A stretch of DNA of 64,000 nt from Candidatus Methanomethylicia archaeon (GTDB lineage Archaea; Thermoproteota; Methanomethylicia; Culexarchaeales; Culexarchaeaceae): positions 352,001-416,000 of the forward strand of contig JAVYVS010000001.1 in NCBI GenBank assembly GCA_038727515.1. The letters run 5' to 3'. The notes beneath the pieces are model-generated. The model ran no database searches and was not told the origin of the DNA. It was given only the letters and a program-made list of their open reading frames with translations. The position numbers were made by a program, and so were the translations under genes. Below are positions 39,543-48,829 of this stretch, in pieces (position 1 is the first letter of the stretch; every line of letters begins with the position of its first letter).

Positions 39543-41879
39543 ATGGTGCATAACATGAGTGAAGCAATAAAACTAATAGAGAAGTGGCTTAAAGCTGAAG
39601 AATTCATAATTGTAGGGAAATCCATAGATAGAGTAGATGCAATAGATAAAGCAACTGGAAAAGCAAAATTCATGGAAGATTACACATTACCGGGAATGCT
39701 ATATGCAAAATTAGTTTTAAGTAGTGAATCACATGCAAAAATAATAGAAGTAAATTCTCAAAATGCATTGAAAGATTCAAGGGTTGTAAGAGTTATAACT
39801 GCAAGAGATATACCGGGTGAAAATCAAGTTGGATATGCACTACCAGATCAACCATTATTAGCAGAGGGGAAAGTTAGATATCATGGAGAACCTATAGCAA
39901 TTGTAGTTGCAGAAGATCCAGAAGCAGCTATAATTGGAGCTTCAGAAGTAAAAGTCAAGTATAGCCGATTGCCAGTATTATTAGATCCTTTAGAAGCAAT
40001 GAAGAGAACAGATGTATTAATACATGAAAATATTGGAAGCAATATAGCATTTAAAACAAAAGTTAGAAGAGGAGATGTTAAGAGGGGATTTGAAGAATCA
40101 GAGGTAATAGTAGAAAATGAATATAGAACTCAACATCAAGAACACTTATATCTAGAAACTGAAGGTGCTTTAGCAATACCGGAGAAAAGTGGGGAATACA
40201 CAATATTATCATGTGCACAATATCCACATTTAGCACAAGCAATAACAGCTAGAGTTCTAGGGATACCGACAAGTAAGATAAAGATAATACAACCATATAT
40301 TGGTGGAGGATTTGGTGGAAAAGATGATACAGGACCTCTTGTAGCAGCTCAAGCAGCATTAGCAGCCTATTTAACTGGAAGACCAACACTATTAATATAT
40401 TCTAGAGAAGAATCTTTTAGAGTACATTGCAAACGTGAACAAAGTATAATAAGATATAAATCTGGAGCAACAATAAATGGAAAATTAACAGCTATAGAAG
40501 TTGAAATAATAATGGATGCAGGTGCATACTCTAACAGAGGACCCTTCATACTCTGGAGAGCAACTATGCATGCTTCAGGACCATACTACATTGAAAATGC
40601 AAAGATAGATGGATATTGTGTATATACAAACAAGGTTTATCAAGGATCCTTTAGAGGATTTGGAAATCCAGATATACAATTTGCAGCAGAATCTCAAATA
40701 GATGAAATAGCCAATAAAATAGGTATTGATCCATTAGAACTTAGACTTAAAAACCTTCTAAAACCAGGGATGCCGACAATAACGGGACAATTACTAGATG
40801 AATCTGTTGGAATAAGTGAAGCATTAAAAATTCTCTCTGAAAGAGCTGAATGGAAAATTAAAAGATCAATGTATAAAGCTGATAAGGGAAGATATAAGAG
40901 GGGTATAGGAGTAGCATGTGGATGGCATGGAATAAGTACAAGTAGAGGAGTTCCAGATTGGTCTAATGCTATAATAAAAGTAAACAAGGATGGAGGAGTA
41001 GAAGTATATACTGGAATAACGGAAATAGGACAAGGAACTCCAACAACATCACACATACAAATAGTAAGTGAAATATTAGGGGTACCACCAGAACAAATAA
41101 CCATACATTTTGGAACAACAGATGCCCCAGATACAGGTGCAACACATGCCTCTAGAGGGACAAGTATAGGTGCAATAGGAGTTTTGGTTGCAGCTGCAAG
41201 AATAAGGGAGAGACTTACAAATTTAGCATCAGAAATACTTCAATGTAAACCAGAAGAATTAAAATTTGAGAATGGAAGAGTATACTCAAGGGAAAAACCA
41301 GAAAAGGAGATTGATTGGAAAAGGTTAGTATTAAAAGCATATGAAAGTGGAATAGAATTATCATCAACAGGATACTTCTATCTACCAAAGGGTACCTTTG
41401 ACCATGAAGTTGGACAAGGATATGCATATCCAGCATATAGCTACATTGTAAATATAGCTGAAGTTGAAGTAGATATGGAAACGGGAATGATAAAAGTATT
41501 AAGGGTATGGCCTGCAATAGCTAGTGGAAGAATAATAAATCCAAAGGCTGTAGAGGGACAGATAGAGGGAGCAATAGCTCAAGGAATAGGATTAGCATTA
41601 ATGGAGAAATTGGAATTTGATGATAAAGGAGTTATAATAAATGCCAATCTAACAGATTATGTAGTTCCAACAGCATTGGATATGCCTAAAATAGAAAAAC
41701 CAGTATTCATTGAAGATTTATTTAAATATGGACCCTTTGGAGCTAAAGGTGTTGGAGAAATGGCGTTAATACCAACACCAGCAGCAATAGCTAATGCAGT
41801 TGCACATGCTATAGGTAAAAGGATATATGAACTACCATTGACTCCAGAAAGAGTATACTTTACCATAAGGAGGAATTAA
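39543..41879 (+). CDS. Xanthine dehydrogenase/aldehyde oxidoreductase family Mo-binding large subunit
   Basis: GGGFGGK, FRGFG, GQG, ASR, GQIEG...QG.G, GAKGVGE. Lacks the AYxCSFR motif of CO dehydrogenase. Confidence 0.93.
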   Translation: MVHNMSEAIKLIEKWLKAEEFIIVGKSIDRVDAIDKATGKAKFMEDYTLPGMLYAKLVLSSESHAKIIEVNSQNALKDSRVVRVITARDIPGENQVGYALPDQPLLAEGKVRYHGEPIAIVVAEDPEAAIIGASEVKVKYSRLPVLLDPLEAMKRTDVLIHENIGSNIAFKTKVRRGDVKRGFEESEVIVENEYRTQHQEHLYLETEGALAIPEKSGEYTILSCAQYPHLAQAITARVLGIPTSKIKIIQPYIGGGFGGKDDTGPLVAAQAALAAYLTGRPTLLIYSREESFRVHCKREQSIIRYKSGATINGKLTAIEVEIIMDAGAYSNRGPFILWRATMHASGPYYIENAKIDGYCVYTNKVYQGSFRGFGNPDIQFAAESQIDEIANKIGIDPLELRLKNLLKPGMPTITGQLLDESVGISEALKILSERAEWKIKRSMYKADKGRYKRGIGVACGWHGISTSRGVPDWSNAIIKVNKDGGVEVYTGITEIGQGTPTTSHIQIVSEILGVPPEQITIHFGTTDAPDTGATHASRGTSIGAIGVLVAAARIRERLTNLASEILQCKPEELKFENGRVYSREKPEKEIDWKRLVLKAYESGIELSSTGYFYLPKGTFDHEVGQGYAYPAYSYIVNIAEVEVDMETGMIKVLRVWPAIASGRIINPKAVEGQIEGAIAQGIGLALMEKLEFDDKGVIINANLTDYVVPTALDMPKIEKPVFIEDLFKYGPFGAKGVGEMALIPTPAAIANAVAHAIGKRIYELPLTPERVYFTIRRN

Positions 41880-41880
41880 A

Positions 41881-42165
41881 ATGCCAAAGATAACATTGAA
41901 GATAATGTTTGGACCCTTAAGAAGTATGATAGGTTTAGATGAATATACTGTAGAGGTAGAGAGCTTTAAAGAATTATTGGATAAAATATCTGAGAAATAT
42001 GGTGAACAAATATATGAATTATTCTTCGCAAAAAATGGCAAAGATTACCCCTTCAACCATATAATAATCGATGGGAAAATATATAGAGCTTCAGAAATTA
42101 TGAACATAAAATTCCATGAGGATAAAATCATATACATATGGCCCGCATTAAATGGAGGTGTATAA
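41881..42165 (+). CDS. MoaD/SAMP ubiquitin-like protein ending GG-V
   Basis: Beta-grasp pattern (LKIMFGPLR...IIYIWPALNGGV-stop). Confidence 0.8.
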   Translation: MPKITLKIMFGPLRSMIGLDEYTVEVESFKELLDKISEKYGEQIYELFFAKNGKDYPFNHIIIDGKIYRASEIMNIKFHEDKIIYIWPALNGGV

Positions 42166-42166
42166 A

Positions 42167-43045
42167 TTGGCATTATTCTACTTAGTACCAGAATTAAAAT
42201 ATCATAAACCAAAAACTCTACAGGAAGCATTGGAATTAATGAATGAATTAGAAAATGCAAAACCAATTGCAGGAGGAACAGACTTAATAATAGACTTAAA
42301 AACTGGAAGAATCAAATTGAAAAATTTAGTAGATATATCTGAAATAAGAGAACTGAAGAAAATTGAATTATTAGAAGATGAAATAGTTATAGGAGCATCA
42401 ACAACACTCCAAGAATTAATTGAAAATAAAAGTTTGAAAAATATGGTTCCAGCATTGATTGAAGCTATTGAAAATATGGGGTCTTGGCAAATAAGAAATG
42501 TAGCTACTATTGGAGGGAATATATGTAATGCATCACCAGCAGCAGATACAGCACCACCATTAATGATATTAAATTCAAAATTAAAGGTTAAGAGTATTGA
42601 TGGTGAAAGGATAATACCAATAGAAAAATTCTTTCATGGACCTAGACAAACAGATTTGAAAAGTAATGAGATATTAACAGAAATAATAATACCGAAAAGA
42701 TCATGTGAAATGGGAATGAAATTCTTAAAGTTAGGTAGGAGGAGGGCACATACACTCTCAATAGTTGCAGTAGCTGTAGCAGTAAAAATGGAAGATGAAA
42801 TAATTAGAGATATTAGGATATCATTAAATTCAGTGGCACCAACACCAATAAGAGCATATAAAACTGAAAGAGAATTAATTAATTCAAACATCAATGAAAT
42901 AGAGGATAAGACAAAGATTTTAAATGAAGAAATAAAGCCAATAAGTGATATTAGAGCATCAGCAGAATATCGTAGGGAAATGTCGATAAGATTAACGATA
43001 GACGCAATAAAATTAGCATTCGAAAATTGGAGGATGAGAAAATGA
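42167..43045 (+). CDS. Xanthine dehydrogenase family FAD-binding subunit
   Basis: AGGTDL, QIRNVATIGGN, ASPAAD, PISDIRASAEYR. TTG 42167 follows GGAGGTG. Confidence 0.93.
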   Translation: MALFYLVPELKYHKPKTLQEALELMNELENAKPIAGGTDLIIDLKTGRIKLKNLVDISEIRELKKIELLEDEIVIGASTTLQELIENKSLKNMVPALIEAIENMGSWQIRNVATIGGNICNASPAADTAPPLMILNSKLKVKSIDGERIIPIEKFFHGPRQTDLKSNEILTEIIIPKRSCEMGMKFLKLGRRRAHTLSIVAVAVAVKMEDEIIRDIRISLNSVAPTPIRAYKTERELINSNINEIEDKTKILNEEIKPISDIRASAEYRREMSIRLTIDAIKLAFENWRMRK

Positions 43046-43521
43046 AAATATCATTTAAATTAAATGGTGAAGAAAGGATACTAGATATACCAGAAAACAT
43101 AATGTTACTAGATATGCTTAGAAGATACGCTAATACAACAAGTGTTAAAAGAGGATGTGAAAGAGGGGAATGTGGAGTATGCACAGTTTTAATAGATGGA
43201 AAACCAGTATGTTCATGTATTACACCAGCATTAAAAGTAGAGGGGAAAGAAGTAATAACAATTGAATATTTATCAAAGAATGGAAAGCTACATCCAATAC
43301 AAGAAGCATTTATAAAATCTGGAGCTATACAATGTGGATTTTGTACAACAGCATTCATATTAACAACATATGCTCTACTACAGAGAAATAGAAATCCAGA
43401 TGAAGAAGAGATTAAAAAGGCATTTGATGGTATAATATGTAGATGTACAGGATATGTAAAGATAATTGAAGCAGTTAAAATGGCTGCAGAAATTCTTAAA
43501 GGAAACAATAACTGTTATTAA
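43042..43521 (+). CDS. Xanthine dehydrogenase family 2Fe-2S subunit
   Basis: GCERGECGVC...C, QCGFC, CRCTGY; ATGA overlap with upstream gene. Confidence 0.94.
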   Translation: MKISFKLNGEERILDIPENIMLLDMLRRYANTTSVKRGCERGECGVCTVLIDGKPVCSCITPALKVEGKEVITIEYLSKNGKLHPIQEAFIKSGAIQCGFCTTAFILTTYALLQRNRNPDEEEIKKAFDGIICRCTGYVKIIEAVKMAAEILKGNNNCY

Positions 43522-43556
43522 CCTTTAAACTGTAATATTATTCGAGGAAGAACAAA

Positions 43557-44882
43557 ATGGAAAAAGAGATAGATACTCAAAAAATTATTGAAACCCAAAA
43601 GAAAACTATGTTTCCATGTATGCCAAGATATAGACAACCAATAGTACTTGTAGAGGGAAGGGGGGCAATAGTAAAAGATCTAGAAGGTAGAGAATATGTG
43701 GATTTATTCGCTGGATATGCAGCTGTAAACATTGGGCATTGCCATCCAAAAGTTGTTGAAGCAATATTATATTGGGCTCAGAGGTTGCATCACACATCAT
43801 ACGATTACCATAACATACCATCAGCAGAATTAGCAGAAAAACTTGTAAAAATACTGCCAATAAAAGGTGAGAAAAAGGTATTTTTCTGCACAAGTGGAGC
43901 TGAAGCAGTGGAAGGATCAGTAAAACTAATGAGGAAATACATGTTAAAGAAAGTTAATAAAACTGGATTTGAAGTTATAACCCTTAGATATAGCTTCCAT
44001 GGTAGAACACATTTAACAACAACTTTAACTGGACAAAGCAAATATAAGAAGGGTATGGCAGCAGTAGTCTCTATACCAGGGATAAAGATAGCTCCAGCAC
44101 CATACTGTTATAGATGCCCATTTAAAAAGAGTTATCCAGAATGCGATTTACTATGCGCTAAATACATTGAAGATGTAATTAAATATGAAACATCAACAGA
44201 TATAGGTGCATTCATAGCAGAACCAATACTTGGAGAAGGAGGAATAATAGTTCCACCAAAAGAATATTTTAAAGAAGTAGTGAAAATAGTAAGAGACTAT
44301 GGAGGATTATTTATAGTAGATGAAGTACAAACGGGGTTTGCAAGAACTGGGAAAATATTTGGAATAGAAAACTTCGATGTTGAACCAGATATAGTGGCAA
44401 TGGCAAAGGGATTAACAAGTGGACTACCATTAGGAGCAATAGGTGCAAAAGCAGAAATAGCAGATGCCTTTGAACCAGGAGACCACTCATCCACATGGGG
44501 TCCAAATGTAGTATCATGTGCAGCAGCCAATGCAGTAATAGATGTAATAATAAATGAAAAAACCCATGAAAAAGTAAATGAAATAGGGAAAGTATTAATG
44601 GATGGACTAAAAGAACTATATAATAAACATAAGTTAATTGGGGAAGTTAGAGGTTTAGGATTAATGGTGGGAGTAGAGTTAGTTAAAGACAGAAATACAA
44701 AAACTCCAGCTGTTGAAGAAGCAATAAAAATTAGAGACTACATGAGGGAAATGGGATTCTTAATAGGTGCAGGAGGAGCTTATGGATCTACACTAAGAAT
44801 AGAGCCACCCCTAATGATAACAAACCAACAAATAGAATTAGCATTGAGAGCATTGGATCAAGCATTAAGCAAAGTACAATAA
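43557..44882 (+). CDS. Class III (omega) PLP aminotransferase
   Basis: SGAEAVE, FHGRT, EPI.GEGG, DEVQTGFARTG, AKG, STWGPN. Confidence 0.93.
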   Translation: MEKEIDTQKIIETQKKTMFPCMPRYRQPIVLVEGRGAIVKDLEGREYVDLFAGYAAVNIGHCHPKVVEAILYWAQRLHHTSYDYHNIPSAELAEKLVKILPIKGEKKVFFCTSGAEAVEGSVKLMRKYMLKKVNKTGFEVITLRYSFHGRTHLTTTLTGQSKYKKGMAAVVSIPGIKIAPAPYCYRCPFKKSYPECDLLCAKYIEDVIKYETSTDIGAFIAEPILGEGGIIVPPKEYFKEVVKIVRDYGGLFIVDEVQTGFARTGKIFGIENFDVEPDIVAMAKGLTSGLPLGAIGAKAEIADAFEPGDHSSTWGPNVVSCAAANAVIDVIINEKTHEKVNEIGKVLMDGLKELYNKHKLIGEVRGLGLMVGVELVKDRNTKTPAVEEAIKIRDYMREMGFLIGAGGAYGSTLRIEPPLMITNQQIELALRALDQALSKVQ

Positions 44883-44952
44883 AATATGAAAATACATAAA
44901 ATAAATTATTATTTATTACGTAACAAAGTTTAAGGGATGTTACTTCAATAGT

Positions 44953-45005
44953 AAATTGGTCTATATTAGACCAGTTTCATTTATAAATTGGTCTAATATA
45001 GACTT
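44953..45005. promoter_or_regulatory. Tandem palindromic operator pair flanking a TTTATAAA box
   Basis: TGGTCTA-tat-TAGACCA (44957-44973) and TGGTCTA-ata-TAGACtt (44989-45005), 32 bp apart; TTTATAAA at 44980-44987. Confidence 0.7.
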
Positions 45006-45018
45006 ATATGGTGATTAT

Positions 45019-46269
45019 TTGAGAATTGAAGATTTCAAGTATGTTATTACTGAATGGCTTCAACAAGGGATTCCTGAAGTTAAAAGTAGAGAGATAACTC
45101 TACCATTAGACTCAAATCTCATAATTGCTATTACTGGTGGTAGAAGAACTGGTAAAACTTACCTTCTATTCTCAACAATTAGGAAGATTATTGAGAGTGG
45201 TAAATCCAATTTAGATGAAATTCTATATGTTGATTTTGAACATGTTAAATTGAAAGGTGTAAATGTATCTGATTTAGATGATATGATTTTAGCATTTTAT
45301 GAACTTACTGGTAAAAAGCCTAAATATATATTCCTTGATGAAATACAAACTGTAAAAAATTATGGAGGTTGGTTTAGAAAAAGATTGAATGCTAGAATAT
45401 ACATTTCTGGATCTTCATCTTCTTTAACGCCTAGGAAAATAGCTGAAGAATTAAGGGGTAGATGTATTAATTATGAGATTTACCCCTTATCCTTTAGAGA
45501 ATATCTATCATTCCTAGGATATGATCCAAAACCTGAAATATTATTATATAGTGAAGAGAGAGGGAAGATACTAGCCATACTAAGAGAATACCTCTATAAT
45601 GGAGCATATCCAGCTGTAGCTCTTGAAAGTGATAAGAAACGTATAATAAAAGCATATTTCGAATCCATACTAGTTAGAGATCTTGGAGGAACACCTCTAG
45701 CTGAAGCATTCTCATTATACCTAATATCAAATTACGCACAATTAATAACTATAAATAAGGTATATAATTATCTACGCTCACTTGGATTCTCAATAGGTAA
45801 AGAGAAAATTATAGAATTATTTAATAAAGCAAGAGAAACCTATTTTGCATTCACTACTGAAATATTTCAGAAAAGTGAGAGGAAGAGGAAAATAAACCCA
45901 AAAAAACTGTATATAATAGATGTAGGATACCCCACATCATTGGGATATGAATTTTCAATCTCGAGAGCAATGGAAAACACAGTATACCTAGAACTATTAA
46001 GGAGGGGAAATAGAGAAATATATTACTGGAAGGAGTATGGGAAAAGTAGTGGAGCAGAAGTAGACTTCGTAATAAGTAGAAATTTCGAAGTGGAAGAATT
46101 AATACAAGTAACATATGCAGAGGATACACTAAAGGAAAGAGAATTAAAATCATTGAAAAAAGCACAAAGAGAATTAAAACCAAAGAAAGCAACGATAATA
46201 ACATGGAATTACAAAGGGAAGATAGATGATATAGAAGTCACACCCTTATGGTATTGGCTACTAACCTAA
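45019..46269 (+). CDS. COG1373-type AAA_14 ATPase with DUF4143 (PD-(D/E)xK-like) C-terminus
   Basis: GGRRTGKT, IFLDEIQ, SGSSS, LRGR, GAYP, KLY..D.G, EN.V, YYW...EVDF...QV. TTG 45019 follows GGTGA. Confidence 0.9.
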   Translation: MRIEDFKYVITEWLQQGIPEVKSREITLPLDSNLIIAITGGRRTGKTYLLFSTIRKIIESGKSNLDEILYVDFEHVKLKGVNVSDLDDMILAFYELTGKKPKYIFLDEIQTVKNYGGWFRKRLNARIYISGSSSSLTPRKIAEELRGRCINYEIYPLSFREYLSFLGYDPKPEILLYSEERGKILAILREYLYNGAYPAVALESDKKRIIKAYFESILVRDLGGTPLAEAFSLYLISNYAQLITINKVYNYLRSLGFSIGKEKIIELFNKARETYFAFTTEIFQKSERKRKINPKKLYIIDVGYPTSLGYEFSISRAMENTVYLELLRRGNREIYYWKEYGKSSGAEVDFVISRNFEVEELIQVTYAEDTLKERELKSLKKAQRELKPKKATIITWNYKGKIDDIEVTPLWYWLLT

Positions 46270-46320
46270 AAATTTACAACATAAACATAGAAAATAAAAA
46301 TAAAATTCAAATATTCATAA

Positions 46321-47124
46321 TCATATCATAAAGCTTGGTATTCCATTTGGCTTATACGCTATTTTCGGTTTTAAGTTTCTCATTCTTAATATTTCAATTA
46401 CATGTGGATACAAGATTATGTATTCTTCATCAATTTCTTCTGAAAGTTTTGGATGTATCATTGATAAACGTTCTTTAAATTTTACATAATTTTCATCACT
46501 ACTAAAACTTAGCATTACAGCTGGATAAACTTGTTCACCTGGATTAAACCCTACATTTATTAGGTTCTCCAATGCTTTAAACTGTAATCTATAGTATTCT
46601 GGTTTGGCTAAAGTTAATGTTTGAAATTCTTCTTCACATGTACCTTTAAATGAAACTCTAACTATAAGATTACTAAAATGAGAAAGTTCTTCAGCATAAC
46701 TTTTATCAAAACCAATCAATATACCATTAGTCTCCAATATAAATCTATACTTAGTGTTTTCAAAATACTTAAGTAATTCAATTAAGTGACGTCTAGATAT
46801 AGTAGGTTCACCACCACTTAACCTAACAAGTCTATAACCACGTCTATTAGCTATCTCCATAAGTTTTTGATACACGTCCCTAGGGGTACAAAAGAATCCT
46901 TTAACCATATTGTGACTTGCATCTCTCCAACTCCAACAAAATCCACATCTCAAATTACATCCAACAACATCACCAGTAGCTATACCACCATACCATCTTC
47001 CACCTCTAAACCTATAGTACTTCCTTAATTCAAAACCATCAACATCAACTTTAACTACAAATCTTTTAACAATTTCAGTTAATTCAATAGGATCATAACC
47101 AGGTTTAACATTCAAATCCATCAT
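46321..47124 (-). CDS. Radical SAM protein (archaeal COG5014-like)
   Basis: RKYYRFR..RWYGGIATGD.VGCNLRCGFCW, RLSGGEP, ETNG, VRVSFKG. Confidence 0.87.
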   Translation of the reverse strand: MMDLNVKPGYDPIELTEIVKRFVVKVDVDGFELRKYYRFRGGRWYGGIATGDVVGCNLRCGFCWSWRDASHNMVKGFFCTPRDVYQKLMEIANRRGYRLVRLSGGEPTISRRHLIELLKYFENTKYRFILETNGILIGFDKSYAEELSHFSNLIVRVSFKGTCEEEFQTLTLAKPEYYRLQFKALENLINVGFNPGEQVYPAVMLSFSSDENYVKFKERLSMIHPKLSEEIDEEYIILYPHVIEILRMRNLKPKIAYKPNGIPSFMI

Positions 47125-48044
47125 CTCTTAATTATACCAGCTGGATCTACACCTCTACTTAAATATAAACTTCCATATAGATATGTTGCCGTTTGAAGCC
47201 AACCAGCCATAACCCCAAATCTCTTCATTAAAAATGCCATTAAACATTTATCATCAATTGGACATAAATTCACATTTAACAAACAATCATATTTCAAGCA
47301 TAAGCTCTTCTTAGGTGTTGTAAATTCATCAATTAAATTCAAAGACTTAATAATTAAGATTAAATGTCTATCAACTGGTGCAATTGAAGTTAAACCAAAA
47401 CAGAAAATTCCAAATGCATGAACACTCTTAGAACCAACATAAGGAATATTTAAAAGCTTACGTTTCAAATCAGAATATACATCAATTGAAAATAAAGTGT
47501 TTAATCCAAAGATAAAATCATCAAAAATCAAATGTAATTTATCTTTAACTTCAGAAAGCTGTTTAAGTTGATAACTTCCACCATAATTCATGGGATTAAT
47601 AAATCTTAAACTATATTCATCAATAGCTTTACTCAACATATTACGAAGCCAACGAACAGTATTATTATGATAATCAGTATTCCGTGATAGAAAAATTGAA
47701 TAGAAAATTGCTCTAACATCCCATGGATCAATAGCTATACCAAGCCCAGGAAAAACCTCAATAAATCTATAGACAATTGAATATTCACATCTACCAAGAT
47801 TCTTCACATATTCAAATGGATTAAACCATGCACCACTTAAAATTAAAGCCTCCTTTAAACCACAACCACTAAACAAAATCCTTTTACCATCAACTTTAAA
47901 CTTCAATCCACGATTAAAACCATACAACTTACCATATAAACCAGGTTTAAATTCAATAAATAATGGTAATGAAAAACTAGCTTTAAGTGAAATTTCTAAA
48001 TTAAATCCATCCCAAACTTCAAGAGTTGAGAAATCCATATTCAA
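47121..48044 (-). CDS. HhH-GPD superfamily DNA glycosylase-like protein
   Basis: FLSRNT, HhH LNIPYVGSKS, PVDRH, Cys cluster C...C......CP....C, GWLQT. Confidence 0.75.
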   Translation of the reverse strand: MNMDFSTLEVWDGFNLEISLKASFSLPLFIEFKPGLYGKLYGFNRGLKFKVDGKRILFSGCGLKEALILSGAWFNPFEYVKNLGRCEYSIVYRFIEVFPGLGIAIDPWDVRAIFYSIFLSRNTDYHNNTVRWLRNMLSKAIDEYSLRFINPMNYGGSYQLKQLSEVKDKLHLIFDDFIFGLNTLFSIDVYSDLKRKLLNIPYVGSKSVHAFGIFCFGLTSIAPVDRHLILIIKSLNLIDEFTTPKKSLCLKYDCLLNVNLCPIDDKCLMAFLMKRFGVMAGWLQTATYLYGSLYLSRGVDPAGIIKR

Positions 48045-48703
48045 CCCTTAATTTTACTCAAAATTTCTGGAAGTTTAACTATACTATTAATAATGTGATC
48101 AGCACCAAACTTTAAAAGTCTCCATTCAGGTTCATGACCAGTTAAAACACCAATAGCAGTAATACCAATCTTCTTAGCAGAATACATATCAACCCAATAA
48201 TCACCAACAAAAATAACATCACTAGGCTCTAATTTAAAATCAGATAATATTCTACGCAGTAAGCCACTTCTATCAAATAAAACATCTTCTTCAGATGGAT
48301 CTTGATCACATAAACTATAAACGCCATCAATAAAATCAGTAAGAGAGAAATACGTTAGCTCCCTAATGATATCCATCCTAGAACATTCCCTACCAGTACA
48401 AACAATTATCTTAACCCCTAAACCCTTAAGCCAATTTAAAACTTCATATACGCCATCAATAGGTTTATCTAATTCATGAATAAAACTGCAATAACTCTTC
48501 CTAAAAAGATTCCAGAAAACATTTTTATCGCAATTAGTAGGTATAAGTGTATCCAAAGTATCATTAGAATAATTTCTAATGAAGAGATCCCAAGAAACTG
48601 GTGAACCTCCAAAGTAAGTTAAAGTAAGATTAAAAACCTCATGAAACCTATGAATAGTATCAATTAAAGTCTGATCTAAATCAAAAATCACAAGTTTAAC
48701 CAT
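48041..48703 (-). CDS. HAD-superfamily hydrolase (phosphoglycolate phosphatase-like)
   Basis: IFDLDQTL, CTGR, FVGD...D, GVLTG. Confidence 0.88.
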   Translation of the reverse strand: MVKLVIFDLDQTLIDTIHRFHEVFNLTLTYFGGSPVSWDLFIRNYSNDTLDTLIPTNCDKNVFWNLFRKSYCSFIHELDKPIDGVYEVLNWLKGLGVKIIVCTGRECSRMDIIRELTYFSLTDFIDGVYSLCDQDPSEEDVLFDRSGLLRRILSDFKLEPSDVIFVGDYWVDMYSAKKIGITAIGVLTGHEPEWRLLKFGADHIINSIVKLPEILSKIKG

Positions 48704-48829
48704 AAAATCAATAAAAATTATACTAGATAGAAATTTAATGATTACCACTATCGATCATCATAAATAAGCCTTAACTTTCATGGGTGATTTAAGCTTCTCA
48801 ATCATGCTAAAATTTATACGTTAAACAAA

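Noticed and set aside
39543-41879. Aerobic CO dehydrogenase (CoxL) assignment
   Set aside because: The active-site loop is QGSFRGFG, not AYxCSFR
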